From the IMG/VR virus record IMGVR_UViG_3300035195_000305, positions 1-59,588 of that record: a stretch of DNA of 59,588 bases. One strand, 5' to 3'. Position numbers and translations under genes: made by a program. The stretch comes from a virus (taxonomy: Duplodnaviria > Caudoviricetes). Positions 37,572-47,083 of the stretch are shown in pieces. The notes beneath the pieces are model-generated. The model searched no databases. It was given only the letters and a program-made list of their open reading frames with translations, and had not been told where the DNA came from. Position 1 is the stretch's first letter. The number at the start of each line of letters is the position of its first letter.

Positions 37572-40500
37572 ATGGACAAGTTAGAACAAATGTACAATCT
37601 CTATGTAGAGAAAGGATTAATTTCAGAACTTAAAAGTCCATTTGAAAAGTGGTCTAAAGCTAATCCAGAGACGCAAATAAAGCTTTTTGAGTTAGGACAG
37701 AAAAAAGGGCTTTTTGGTGAAAACACCCAGATAGAATCTTTTTCCAACTTATGGAAGGTAAAAAAAAAAGACGATTCTCAGCCTATTGCAGAAGAGGAAG
37801 TTATGGAATCATCTACAGAACAAGTTCAGGATCAAGGTGGATCTTCGGATGTTTCGATATCGGAAAACGTAAGTGATTACGAAACTAAATTATTAGGAGG
37901 CGAGACTGAGACTGAGACTGAAACAGAGACAGAAGTTGTAGAAACTGATCCTGCTCGGTCTCAACAAGAGAGAGTATCAATGCCAGATATTCCTGAAGAC
38001 AACACTATACTTGAAGATGTTGTTGGAAAAAATTATTTAACAAATTTTATTGGAGATATATATCGTGCTGGAAAGCAAGGTTTTGTACAGGGTAATACTT
38101 CAGATGAAGGGTGGGAGCTTATGTATAAAGGAGCTGATTCAAACCCTGAAGATATAATGGAATTTTTACAAGCTCAAGAAGAAATTGCTGCGTTAGGTGA
38201 AAGTGATGAAATGCAAGAATTTAATAGGGTTTATGAAGATGCTGGTGGAGGTGCTTTGGGTTTTTTAAAAGGATTAGCTTATGCTGGACCTTTAAATGTT
38301 GTTGCTCAATTAGGCGCTCAAACTATGATGCAAATGCTTAACACTTCCTCAGCTACTGCGGCAGGAACTGTTGTTGCTGGTGGGGCCGGAGTTGGATCTT
38401 TAGCAGGTGGAGTAGGAGCTATCCCTGGCGCTATTGCTGCATTACCAGCAGCTTATGCGGCTTCAGGAGCTGCATTAGAAACAGGCTTGTCTTTTGCAGA
38501 GTTTTTAAGAGAGGCTGTAGAAGAGAATGGAGATTCATTTGATCAAAAAGGTATATCAAAAGTATTAGCTGATGAGGATAAAATGTTTAAAATCAGAGCC
38601 AAATCAGCAGGTAGAGGGGCTATAATAGGTATTGTAGATAGGTATAGCTTAAAGATGGGTGGTAAAATTATAGCTAATCAAGTTGTTAAGGGGGCAAGCA
38701 AAGGGAAAAGAGCTTTAACAGCTATGGGAGTAGAAGCCGGTGGAGGTGGTGTAGGAGAGACTGTAGCCAGAATAGCGGTAGGTCAAGATTTAGATGCTCG
38801 TGAAATTGGTTTTGAAACTATTGGAGGTACAGGAAAAGCAGGTGTTTCTTATGCTTACGGATCGTTGTTAGCAAGACCAAACTACAAGATAAATAGCGAT
38901 ACTAAAGAAGGTGAGGTAGACGTAAAGACTATGACTGATATGATTTTGAATTCAGATGACAAAGACTTTGCCGCTATGGATATTGAAATAAAGAACGACC
39001 CTACTTTAAAAGATTTAGCTGACAAAAGAAAAAAGAAATTAAAAATACAAAATACTATTTTAAGGGAAGTAGGTGCACAAAATATTCCTAATAAAGAAAC
39101 TTTAGATGAATTAGTAACATTAGAAACAGAGAAGGAAAATTTGGGAGCTCCTACTACAGAGGGTGGTAAAAAAAGATTAAGAGAAATTCAAGATAGAATT
39201 ATAGGTATATACAAGGGAGATATAAATGTTAAAGTTACTCAAACTGATGATGGTCAAGGTAATACGACTACAGAAACTATTGAGGTATCTAAAGAGTATG
39301 CTATAGAAAAATTATTGGAAGAAGGAAACGAAAACCCTACAGAGCAAGATGTTTCTGAGAAGCAAGCCCAACTTATGGAGGAGGGACAAGAAGCTATTAA
39401 TAAACTAAAACAAGAGCAAGATGCCATTCAAGAGTCAAGCCCAGAGAGCGTGGATGTACAAGAACAAACCGAAGTTAGCAGCGAGGTGGGAGATGGAAAC
39501 ACCGAGACAGTTGTTACCGAAGAGAGCGACAGCCAAGAAGGGCCCAGTTCTGAAGAGGTTACGCAAGAGGAAATAAATGAAGAGTCAAGAGACTTAGAAA
39601 CCCTAATAGATGGGGAGCCTACTGTAGTTGAAAACACTGAGGTAGTAGAAGAGGAGAGCAGACCATTAAAAGAAAAGATAAAAAATATAGTAGATAAAAT
39701 AGCTGATGGTAAAAATGGGTTTGCTAAGAAATGGTTTAACCCTATAGTTATGGAGCGTGCTGGAATAACTAAAGATGAAGATGTTAAGGAATACTATATA
39801 CAAAGTATAGAAAACGGAGAGGTTATAAATGATGCTAATAAAGAGTTTTTAAATAGTGAGTTTGAAAGGTTAGGGATAACTCCTCCTACTACAGAAAACA
39901 CTAATGCTCAAGAGGTAGCAAGAGAGTCTGCTGTTGAGGTTAATAATGAAACAGAAGGATTAAGTATTATAAACTCTAAAACAGGAGAGGCAGTAGAAAT
40001 GAGCGGGGCAAATGTTACAACGCCTAAAATAAATCCTGATGGAACTATAGAAAACAACTCTACTAATTTATTTATTGCAGATGATACAGTGGTAGAGGTA
40101 GACCCTGTCTATGAAAACCAGAAAGCTCAAGAGAAACAAGAGTCATTAATAACAGAGATTGCTAAAAAAGCAGTTAAGTCTATTAAGCAAATACTACCTG
40201 ATGTGCAGGTGGTTTTACATAGAACAGAAGCTGCTTACAATAAAGCTACTAATCAAAATTCACAAGGATCAAAAGGTAAAGGGGGTTCAAGAGGAATGTA
40301 TTCTTCAGGAACTAACACTATACATATTAATATGCCTCATGCAACTACCAGAACTATAGCTCATGAAGTTTTTCATGCGGTAGTAATGAGTAAATTTGAT
40401 GGAGCTAACTTAAAGGCAGTAACTGATAGAATGGTAAAGTCTTTACAGTCCAGCATTAAAGATACCAAAGTAAAAGCAGAGTTAGATGCTTTTGTAAAAA

Positions 40501-43500
40501 AATATACAGGAGATAATAAAAAATTTAGAAGTGAAGAGTATTTAGCTGAGCTAACAGGGATGTTGTCAGAAAATTACACCTCTTTAAATACGGAGGAAAA
40601 AAGTCTTGTTAAAAGATTGCTACAAAAATTAGGTAATATGCTTGGTATTAAGGCAGAGGTTAGTACTCAAGATGAAGTAGTTAACTTATTAAATGTATTG
40701 TCTGGGAAGATAAGAGAAGGAGGAGAGGTTAGTATGCAGGATATAAAAGGACTTCAAGAAGTAGATAAAGTAAATACTGAAGAAAAAATAAAACAGCAGC
40801 AAGAATATGAATCAGCAATGGATGCGCAGAGGGCTGAGGTCGAAAAAAATGATAAACTACCATCCGGAATAAATGCTTGGTTGGCTGATAATTTAGGGAA
40901 GGTACATGTAGCTGATTATAAAAAATATGGAGACCCTAATTATATTGAGAAAGACGGAAGAAAAGGTTTAAATAAATTACTAAGAAAAACTGGAGAACGA
41001 GATGTTGATGTAATAAATGATCCTTTCAATGATGACGGGTTAGCTTATTTAGACCCTGAAGTTATTATAGGTTATTTAGAAGATAGGGCTGCTAATCCTG
41101 GTAAGTATAGTGCTAAAAATTTAGATAAAGCAAGAAAATTAGATAGGTTTCAGAAGTTCACTACGACCCCTAATAAATTAGCTAATTTTTATAAGATGAA
41201 TAAGAAAGGGTTTATAAAGCCTGAAAATGTATATGATTCTAATGATTTAAAACAATGGGCTTCTCGTGTAGGATTGAAAGTGGATGAGTCTCGTGGGGAT
41301 AAAGGAGAAATTACAAGCTACTACCTAAGAGATAGTGATGATAAAATATTTAAACCCTCTAAAGACAGAATGCAGGTGATATTTAATTCTCAGGACTCTG
41401 ATAGTCAAGTAATTAACAAGGCTCGTGAGATGGACTTTAGTGATGCAGCTATTAAGGATTATTTAAAAAGAATAAGAAAGGTTTCAGCTTCAGCTGCAGA
41501 CGCTATGCTTAAGGCTAAAACTGAAAGAGAGATAAGTATACCAGTTGTATTCGGAAATGTAGAGGGAGGAATGAAAGTAGGAGAAGGTATATTTAATGAT
41601 GTAAACACTAAGCTTACAGAGTTTATTACAAAGAATAGCCCTAACAATGCGGAGATAAGAGAGAAAGGTATTTCTTTATTAGAAAAAAATGAAGAGTTTC
41701 AAGCCCAGCCAAAATCAGTTCAGAATGATTTAGTAAGTGGTTTTGATAGATCTTTACAAACAACTGCTAATAGAACGGTTCAAAAGAAAATAAGTTCTAT
41801 TCGTAAAGAAATACGAACAAGAAAAGAAGGTGCTTCCAGTTTAGCAAAAAGTAAAGCAAGGTTAAAACAATTTATAAGAACTCAACTTCCTGTTTCAAAA
41901 AAATATTCTAAGTCAGATATATTAAAGCTAACGAATCTAATAGCTAACGCTTCTGAAAAAACTTTTTTAGCAGACGCAGAAAAAGCTTTGCAAGTTGTAG
42001 AAAAGCAAAGAGGTGTTTTAAAAAAATCATTATTTAAAGATATTTTAAATTTAGTAAACAAGAAGGCTTCTAAAAAAACTACAGATAGTGGTAAGGTTAG
42101 AAGTAAAGGTTTAGATGCTGCTGGTCAGCAATTTTTTAGATCAGTCAAAACTATACTTACTGCCGCTATTAAAGGAGATGTTGATGTGTTGGCTTCTATA
42201 ACTGAAAAGTTAAGAGCGGACAACGTGGAGATAGGTGGGACTGTTATAAATGTAAACGATGCTTTGACTAAAGAATTAAACGGAGAGCAGTTAACTGTAA
42301 AAGAACAAATGTTATTAGAGCAAATTTATGCTTTAGATACTTTTGGTAATATATCTAACATGAGCTTAGAGGATGTTCAATCCTTGTATGATGGTTTTAA
42401 AGATGTCAGAGCAGAGTCAATTAAAAGATTAGCAGTTAAAAGGTTATCAAGAGCAGAAAACCAAAATAAATTAAATGAAGAATCTTCGGCTCAAATTAAA
42501 GAGAACTATCCCTTCTTATATAATCCAGACGGAACATTAAAAGATAAGAATGATTTAGATAGAGATGCCAGTAGTACTTGGAATGATTTTCAAAAACTAA
42601 AAATATGGAAAGGACTACAGACTTTTGTAGACAGATATCCATTTACAACTGGTTTAGGTATATCAGACTTCTTTAGAAATAAAATTGCACACTTAGGTAC
42701 TGTCACTAATATTATGGACAATGTAGCTAAGGGTAATAATTTCTTTAGAGAGAATGTTTATGATAAGCTTAACCTGATGCACACTAAAGCTTTAGAAGGG
42801 GAGAGGGCTATTATAAAGTCTAACGATAAAGGGTTAGGAAAAATTGCCAATACTATAGAGGGAATAACTAAAGGTTATGCTGAGTGGAAAAGTAAAATAC
42901 CAAGAGGGCAAAGAATTATTTATGGTAAATTTAAAGGAGGAGCGAGAGAGAGGTCTCACACTATAGATGAGATGATGCGTATTTATGCTTTAAGTAAAAA
43001 TGATATACAAAAAGGAAAGTTAGAGAAGATGGGTTATGATGCGGAAGTGTTAGACCAGATCACCAGAGAGATAACTCCTTTGGCTACTGAGTTTATAGAT
43101 AAGACTGTAGATTACTTAAGTAATGAATATTTTGAGGAAACAAACTCTACATACCGTCAAGTAAATGACGTAAACTTAGGCTTTGTAGCTAACTACTTTC
43201 CAACACAAAGTATATCTCCTTCTGTGGATGGTTTGATTACTGAGGGCGATTTTAATGGAGTGTTTAATGCTGAGTATGATTCTGCTTTTAAATCACGTAT
43301 TGATAGAGAGTCTGATGTAAAAATAGAAAATTTATTATTTACAAATGTATTAGAGTCTCATATTAAAAGCATGGAAAGATACAAGTCTTATGCTGAGGGC
43401 ACTAAAACTTTAAATAATATATTTAAAAGTGCAGATGTAAATACTTTAGCTCAAGAACTGGGTATAAGAGGATTGATGAAAAATATGGTTAACATGGCTG

Positions 43501-44786
43501 TTAACCCTAACTCAGGACTTAAATTATCTAACACTAAGTTAGATACCTTGCAGCGTAAATTTACTTCATTTGCACTGTCATTTAAGTTTATGCAGATACC
43601 TAAGCAGGCCACTTCATTTATTAATGCTTTTGAAGACTACAACTATAGAGGTGAGGGTAAGACAAGAATACCAGGGATGGACACCTTAGGCTTCATGATG
43701 GATATGGCTAAAATAATAGCAACACTACCTAAGCAGATTAAAAAAGCTCGTAATATTTCAGCTGATTTTTCTGCTCGTTTAGATCAAGGACTGGAGGGTG
43801 ATGTGTATGGATTGGAAAGTGGTAGTAGAGTATTTAAACCATTAAGAGGAAGGTCTAAGGCGGCTAAATTTATACAAGCCCTTAAGACTGGAGCTGCTTC
43901 TCCTACTGTTATAGGAGATGTTATGGGGGTAATGGGATATATGGCTAACTACAATAGAAATATTGCAAATGGAATGTCTAAAGCTGAGGCACTACAGGCT
44001 TTTAATAACTATAATGCTACTCAGCAAAGTCGTAGAAGTACAGATAAAAACATGATGCAGCTTCAAGGAGATGGTTTAACAAGAGCGTTCACTATGTTTG
44101 GCAGCACATTGTTTCTGCAAATGAATAAAGTAATGTCCAGTACTGCTAACATAATGAGGTCTTTAAAAGAAGGAGACATAACGTCTAAACAAGGTCTTAA
44201 AAAGAAAGCAGGAGCTGTAAGAGCCAAAGACATAAGGGCTTTGAGTTTAAATTTTGCTCTTGCTAACATGTTGTTTATTGCTACAGCTAATATTTTTAAA
44301 CTATCTGAAGGAGGGGAGGATGAAGAAGAGGCTATGGAAAAAATCAAAGAGGCCGCTATGGGCTTAACACTTCTTTATCAAGTTCCTTTAATAGGTGGTG
44401 GTGCTGAAGCAGTTGTTAATGCTATTAAGGGGAAAAGAAGTTATAACAATGATGTTGTTAACCCTTACACAAGTGTATTTAGAAAAATAAGCAAAGGATT
44501 TAAAAAAGAAAGTACTTTTGATGCGTTAAGACCAGTGGCTGAAATTGCATTAGGAGCACAATTTGATCCGTTTATTGGTTTATTTAATACTTTAGGCGTG
44601 GAGATAGATGATGCGAGTGAAGAAGAAAACTTATTCAGAATGTTAGGGGTAAGTCCTTCTTATCAGCCTAACTCCGTAAAAAGTGGTTCTAAGAGTAAAG
44701 AGGGTATGGGCCCAAGAGGTGGTAGTCCAAGAGGTGGGTCTAAAAGGAAGAAAGATTCTGGGGGTAGATTGAACCAGCCAAGATAG
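37572..44786 (+). CDS. Giant internal virion (polyvalent-type) protein with zincin metallopeptidase-like domain
   Basis: 2404 aa; Gly/Ala hydrophobic segments; RGMY...IHINM...TIAHEVFHAV...EEYLAE (HExxH + E). Confidence 0.75.
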   Translation: MDKLEQMYNLYVEKGLISELKSPFEKWSKANPETQIKLFELGQKKGLFGENTQIESFSNLWKVKKKDDSQPIAEEEVMESSTEQVQDQGGSSDVSISENVSDYETKLLGGETETETETETEVVETDPARSQQERVSMPDIPEDNTILEDVVGKNYLTNFIGDIYRAGKQGFVQGNTSDEGWELMYKGADSNPEDIMEFLQAQEEIAALGESDEMQEFNRVYEDAGGGALGFLKGLAYAGPLNVVAQLGAQTMMQMLNTSSATAAGTVVAGGAGVGSLAGGVGAIPGAIAALPAAYAASGAALETGLSFAEFLREAVEENGDSFDQKGISKVLADEDKMFKIRAKSAGRGAIIGIVDRYSLKMGGKIIANQVVKGASKGKRALTAMGVEAGGGGVGETVARIAVGQDLDAREIGFETIGGTGKAGVSYAYGSLLARPNYKINSDTKEGEVDVKTMTDMILNSDDKDFAAMDIEIKNDPTLKDLADKRKKKLKIQNTILREVGAQNIPNKETLDELVTLETEKENLGAPTTEGGKKRLREIQDRIIGIYKGDINVKVTQTDDGQGNTTTETIEVSKEYAIEKLLEEGNENPTEQDVSEKQAQLMEEGQEAINKLKQEQDAIQESSPESVDVQEQTEVSSEVGDGNTETVVTEESDSQEGPSSEEVTQEEINEESRDLETLIDGEPTVVENTEVVEEESRPLKEKIKNIVDKIADGKNGFAKKWFNPIVMERAGITKDEDVKEYYIQSIENGEVINDANKEFLNSEFERLGITPPTTENTNAQEVARESAVEVNNETEGLSIINSKTGEAVEMSGANVTTPKINPDGTIENNSTNLFIADDTVVEVDPVYENQKAQEKQESLITEIAKKAVKSIKQILPDVQVVLHRTEAAYNKATNQNSQGSKGKGGSRGMYSSGTNTIHINMPHATTRTIAHEVFHAVVMSKFDGANLKAVTDRMVKSLQSSIKDTKVKAELDAFVKKYTGDNKKFRSEEYLAELTGMLSENYTSLNTEEKSLVKRLLQKLGNMLGIKAEVSTQDEVVNLLNVLSGKIREGGEVSMQDIKGLQEVDKVNTEEKIKQQQEYESAMDAQRAEVEKNDKLPSGINAWLADNLGKVHVADYKKYGDPNYIEKDGRKGLNKLLRKTGERDVDVINDPFNDDGLAYLDPEVIIGYLEDRAANPGKYSAKNLDKARKLDRFQKFTTTPNKLANFYKMNKKGFIKPENVYDSNDLKQWASRVGLKVDESRGDKGEITSYYLRDSDDKIFKPSKDRMQVIFNSQDSDSQVINKAREMDFSDAAIKDYLKRIRKVSASAADAMLKAKTEREISIPVVFGNVEGGMKVGEGIFNDVNTKLTEFITKNSPNNAEIREKGISLLEKNEEFQAQPKSVQNDLVSGFDRSLQTTANRTVQKKISSIRKEIRTRKEGASSLAKSKARLKQFIRTQLPVSKKYSKSDILKLTNLIANASEKTFLADAEKALQVVEKQRGVLKKSLFKDILNLVNKKASKKTTDSGKVRSKGLDAAGQQFFRSVKTILTAAIKGDVDVLASITEKLRADNVEIGGTVINVNDALTKELNGEQLTVKEQMLLEQIYALDTFGNISNMSLEDVQSLYDGFKDVRAESIKRLAVKRLSRAENQNKLNEESSAQIKENYPFLYNPDGTLKDKNDLDRDASSTWNDFQKLKIWKGLQTFVDRYPFTTGLGISDFFRNKIAHLGTVTNIMDNVAKGNNFFRENVYDKLNLMHTKALEGERAIIKSNDKGLGKIANTIEGITKGYAEWKSKIPRGQRIIYGKFKGGARERSHTIDEMMRIYALSKNDIQKGKLEKMGYDAEVLDQITREITPLATEFIDKTVDYLSNEYFEETNSTYRQVNDVNLGFVANYFPTQSISPSVDGLITEGDFNGVFNAEYDSAFKSRIDRESDVKIENLLFTNVLESHIKSMERYKSYAEGTKTLNNIFKSADVNTLAQELGIRGLMKNMVNMAVNPNSGLKLSNTKLDTLQRKFTSFALSFKFMQIPKQATSFINAFEDYNYRGEGKTRIPGMDTLGFMMDMAKIIATLPKQIKKARNISADFSARLDQGLEGDVYGLESGSRVFKPLRGRSKAAKFIQALKTGAASPTVIGDVMGVMGYMANYNRNIANGMSKAEALQAFNNYNATQQSRRSTDKNMMQLQGDGLTRAFTMFGSTLFLQMNKVMSSTANIMRSLKEGDITSKQGLKKKAGAVRAKDIRALSLNFALANMLFIATANIFKLSEGGEDEEEAMEKIKEAAMGLTLLYQVPLIGGGAEAVVNAIKGKRSYNNDVVNPYTSVFRKISKGFKKESTFDALRPVAEIALGAQFDPFIGLFNTLGVEIDDASEEENLFRMLGVSPSYQPNSVKSGSKSKEGMGPRGGSPRGGSKRKKDSGGRLNQPR
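39421..39576 (+). CDS. Overprinted 51-aa basic protein in the +1 frame of the giant gene
   Basis: MPFKSQAQRAWMYKNKPKLAARWEMETPRQLLPKRATAKKGPVLKRLRKRK; A-rich leader; locally raised GC. Confidence 0.7.
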   Translation: MPFKSQAQRAWMYKNKPKLAARWEMETPRQLLPKRATAKKGPVLKRLRKRK

Positions 44787-44806
44787 TAATTAAAAACTAT
44801 AATAAT

Positions 44807-45040
44807 ATGAGAGGTTTTAATGAAGATAAATGTATGAGGCACAGTTATAACTTGTTGTTGGGTAAAAAAACTTTAGATGAATTGATATCTGAAACTGCTG
44901 AATTAGTTCTTATGTTTAATCCTAAGCAAAAGATCATCCCTATGGACTATGATTTGTACGATACTCTTATTGAATATTTTATTCAAACTGAAGAATACGA
45001 AAAGTGTGCTGAGCTTATGAAGGCGAAGGAGTCTCTTTAA
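44807..45040 (+). CDS. Hypothetical protein
   Basis: 77 aa; EEYEKCAEL (UVR-like motif); overlaps convergent gene by 26 nt. Confidence 0.7.
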   Translation: MRGFNEDKCMRHSYNLLLGKKTLDELISETAELVLMFNPKQKIIPMDYDLYDTLIEYFIQTEEYEKCAELMKAKESL

Positions 45041-45218
45041 TTTCTTGATCTATTAGTTCTAATAGCTGAGTGGCAGTGTAGATAGGGAGTTTATCATTGT
45101 AGTTCTGATAGATTTGAGTAAAGTTTTTTTCCTCCCTATCCCACGTCCATAATGAGTTTGCTTTATTTTTAATGTTCTGCTTAAGAACCCACTTAATAGT
45201 TTTATATTTCGTGCTCAT
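45015..45218 (-). CDS. Hypothetical protein
   Basis: 67 aa, last gene of the - block. Confidence 0.65.
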   Translation of the reverse strand: MSTKYKTIKWVLKQNIKNKANSLWTWDREEKNFTQIYQNYNDKLPIYTATQLLELIDQEIKETPSPS

Positions 45219-45585
45219 ATTTTATTTGATCATTGCTATCTCTGTTTCTATTATACTGGTCTACGATAAAGTTTTTGTTATAATTTTTACGCTCTGCTTC
45301 CAGCTTGTAATAAAGAAAAGCTTGAAATCCGTTTAGATGTGAGTCGGTAGGAAAGAAATATTTCCATCCTTTAGACATTCCTTTTGCTATATAATAACAA
45401 AATGCTACCCCTATTTTCCCAGTGTTTTTTTTAAAATTAATTACAGCTGTGTGGTCTGATGTTGGTATAACTTCTTCTACCTCGAAGCTTTCTTTAGAAA
45501 CATTACCTTCTCTGTCTGTCCGGGAAAATCTCTCTGCTATTACTTGGCTAAACTTATGCAGTTCTTTTGCTATTTGTTTATTCAT
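45202..45585 (-). CDS. Hypothetical protein
   Basis: 127 aa, overlapping neighbours. Confidence 0.75.
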   Translation of the reverse strand: MNKQIAKELHKFSQVIAERFSRTDREGNVSKESFEVEEVIPTSDHTAVINFKKNTGKIGVAFCYYIAKGMSKGWKYFFPTDSHLNGFQAFLYYKLEAERKNYNKNFIVDQYNRNRDSNDQIKYEHEI

Positions 45586-45925
45586 TTTTTTTTCTTGTAT
45601 GAGTCACTACTCTATGGCAATTAGCACATCTGATTTCACACTTATCTATTTCTTTTTTTATTGTTTCTATGCTATAAGAATTTCTAACCATATTTGAAAT
45701 ACACATTATTTTTTTTCCTCTTACGTGATCAAAATCTAATACTAATGGATTGGTTTCTCCGCAGTCTATACATTTAGATATGCTTTTAATTGCATCAATA
45801 TATTCTTTAGCTTTTCTTCTTTGACTTTTATTTCTTAAATAAGATCTTTTTTTTATCTTTTTTTTATTAGCCTCATAATGACGTTTAGATGCAGCAGCCT
45901 GATCTTTTTTATCTTTATAAGCCAT
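45578..45925 (-). CDS. HNH endonuclease-like protein
   Basis: CIDCG...LDFDHV...KCEIRCANCHR. Confidence 0.85.
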   Translation of the reverse strand: MAYKDKKDQAAASKRHYEANKKKIKKRSYLRNKSQRRKAKEYIDAIKSISKCIDCGETNPLVLDFDHVRGKKIMCISNMVRNSYSIETIKKEIDKCEIRCANCHRVVTHTRKKNE

Positions 45926-45957
45926 CTCTTTATTAGCGAGGCCAAATAACTATTATA

Positions 45958-46149
45958 CTACACTTCATCAGACATGGAAATTATTAAATCGTTTAATTCT
46001 TTTATTAAATTTTGAGCTTTAACTTTAGCCTCTTCATAATTCCTGTCCATTAAATCTTCATATAAATTATCTCCAAAGTCATGAATAGAGCTACAAACAT
46101 GTTTGATGTGTGTTATTTCTCTGGTATCCTCTGTTGCTACTCCTGGCAT
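45958..46149 (-). CDS. Hypothetical protein
   Basis: 63 aa. Confidence 0.7.
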   Translation of the reverse strand: MPGVATEDTREITHIKHVCSSIHDFGDNLYEDLMDRNYEEAKVKAQNLIKELNDLIISMSDEV

Positions 46150-46571
46150 GGAAACTTAATCGTGTTTTTTATATTTTTTAACTCTTCTTGAACATCTATT
46201 AGGGACAAATTTAACATTTTATTTTGTTCTCGCAAATCATTTAGTTCTTTTTTTAATTGTAATGGCTTGAGTTCTACGTATTCATCAGCTTGACCTTTCC
46301 ATGTAGCCAGTATAAGATGGTAGTCTCTTTTCATTTGAGGATACTGTAACAACATGTAGGGAAATTGTTTTAAAGCATTCATTACGGTAGCATGATTTTT
46401 TCTAAAACATAATCCTATTTTAGGGTAAGTCATTAAGCATTCGTCTCTTAATATTTTATAACATATTGCTCTGGCTTTTATAAACTCTTCTGTTCTGGTT
46501 GTAAGATGAATGTCTATATTGTAATGGGAGTTAACTATGTTTTTTATTGCTATTACTTTTTCTTCGTTCAT
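46137..46571 (-). CDS. DnaA domain IV-like HTH protein with C-terminal coiled coil
   Basis: TRTEEFIKARAICYKILRD...YPKIG...FRKNHATVMNALK. Confidence 0.75.
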   Translation of the reverse strand: MNEEKVIAIKNIVNSHYNIDIHLTTRTEEFIKARAICYKILRDECLMTYPKIGLCFRKNHATVMNALKQFPYMLLQYPQMKRDYHLILATWKGQADEYVELKPLQLKKELNDLREQNKMLNLSLIDVQEELKNIKNTIKFPCQE

Positions 46572-46875
46572 TTAATTTTAAATTTAATAGGTCTAAGTAC
46601 TCATCCATATCTATAAATTTTAAATCTGATAAGATAGGGTTTGAAGAATGGTCTTTTATTATTTCTACTGCAAAAGTAATAGGCTCATTATCATCACTTA
46701 TCACCATGCCTTCCATTACTGTTGACACCAATAAGTTTGGGGTTACCTTGTACTCGTTTTCTTGTATATATTTTGCTATTTTAATACCAGTTCTAATATC
46801 TATATCCTGTAGTGTTTCTACAAAGTCTTCTTCAATATCAAATCCCGCCTCGGTATACTTCGGTTTTGCATCCAT
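46531..46875 (-). CDS. Acidic hypothetical protein
   Basis: 114 aa overlapping neighbours. Confidence 0.65.
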   Translation of the reverse strand: MDAKPKYTEAGFDIEEDFVETLQDIDIRTGIKIAKYIQENEYKVTPNLLVSTVMEGMVISDDNEPITFAVEIIKDHSSNPILSDLKFIDMDEYLDLLNLKLNERRKSNSNKKHS

Positions 46876-47083
46876 GTTTTTCTAATTCTTTTAGTCTATA
46901 TTCTTGTAGCTTGGATAATTTACCTGTTGGTTTCTTTACTTCTGAAAATAATACATCGCAGTTAGGAGGGATCGCAAGGAGATCGGGGATACCATTCTTA
47001 TTAGTCTTTATTAGCTTAAGAACATAGTATCCTTCCGACTCCAGTTGCTTAATCCTTTGCATTTGTATTTGCTGTTCAGTCAC
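46838..47083 (-). CDS. VRR-NUC domain nuclease
   Basis: GIPDLL...FSEVKKPTGKLSKLQ. Confidence 0.88.
   Translation of the reverse strand: MTEQQIQMQRIKQLESEGYYVLKLIKTNKNGIPDLLAIPPNCDVLFSEVKKPTGKLSKLQEYRLKELEKHGCKTEVYRGGI

Noticed and set aside
37902-37931. GAGACT tandem repeat (ETETETETET)
   Set aside because: In-frame hexamer microsatellite in an acidic linker; no frameshift or phase-variation consequence
39428-39637. 69-aa minus-strand ORF over the dual-coding region
   Set aside because: Ser-rich antisense shadow; the + strand +1 frame ORF explains the local composition better
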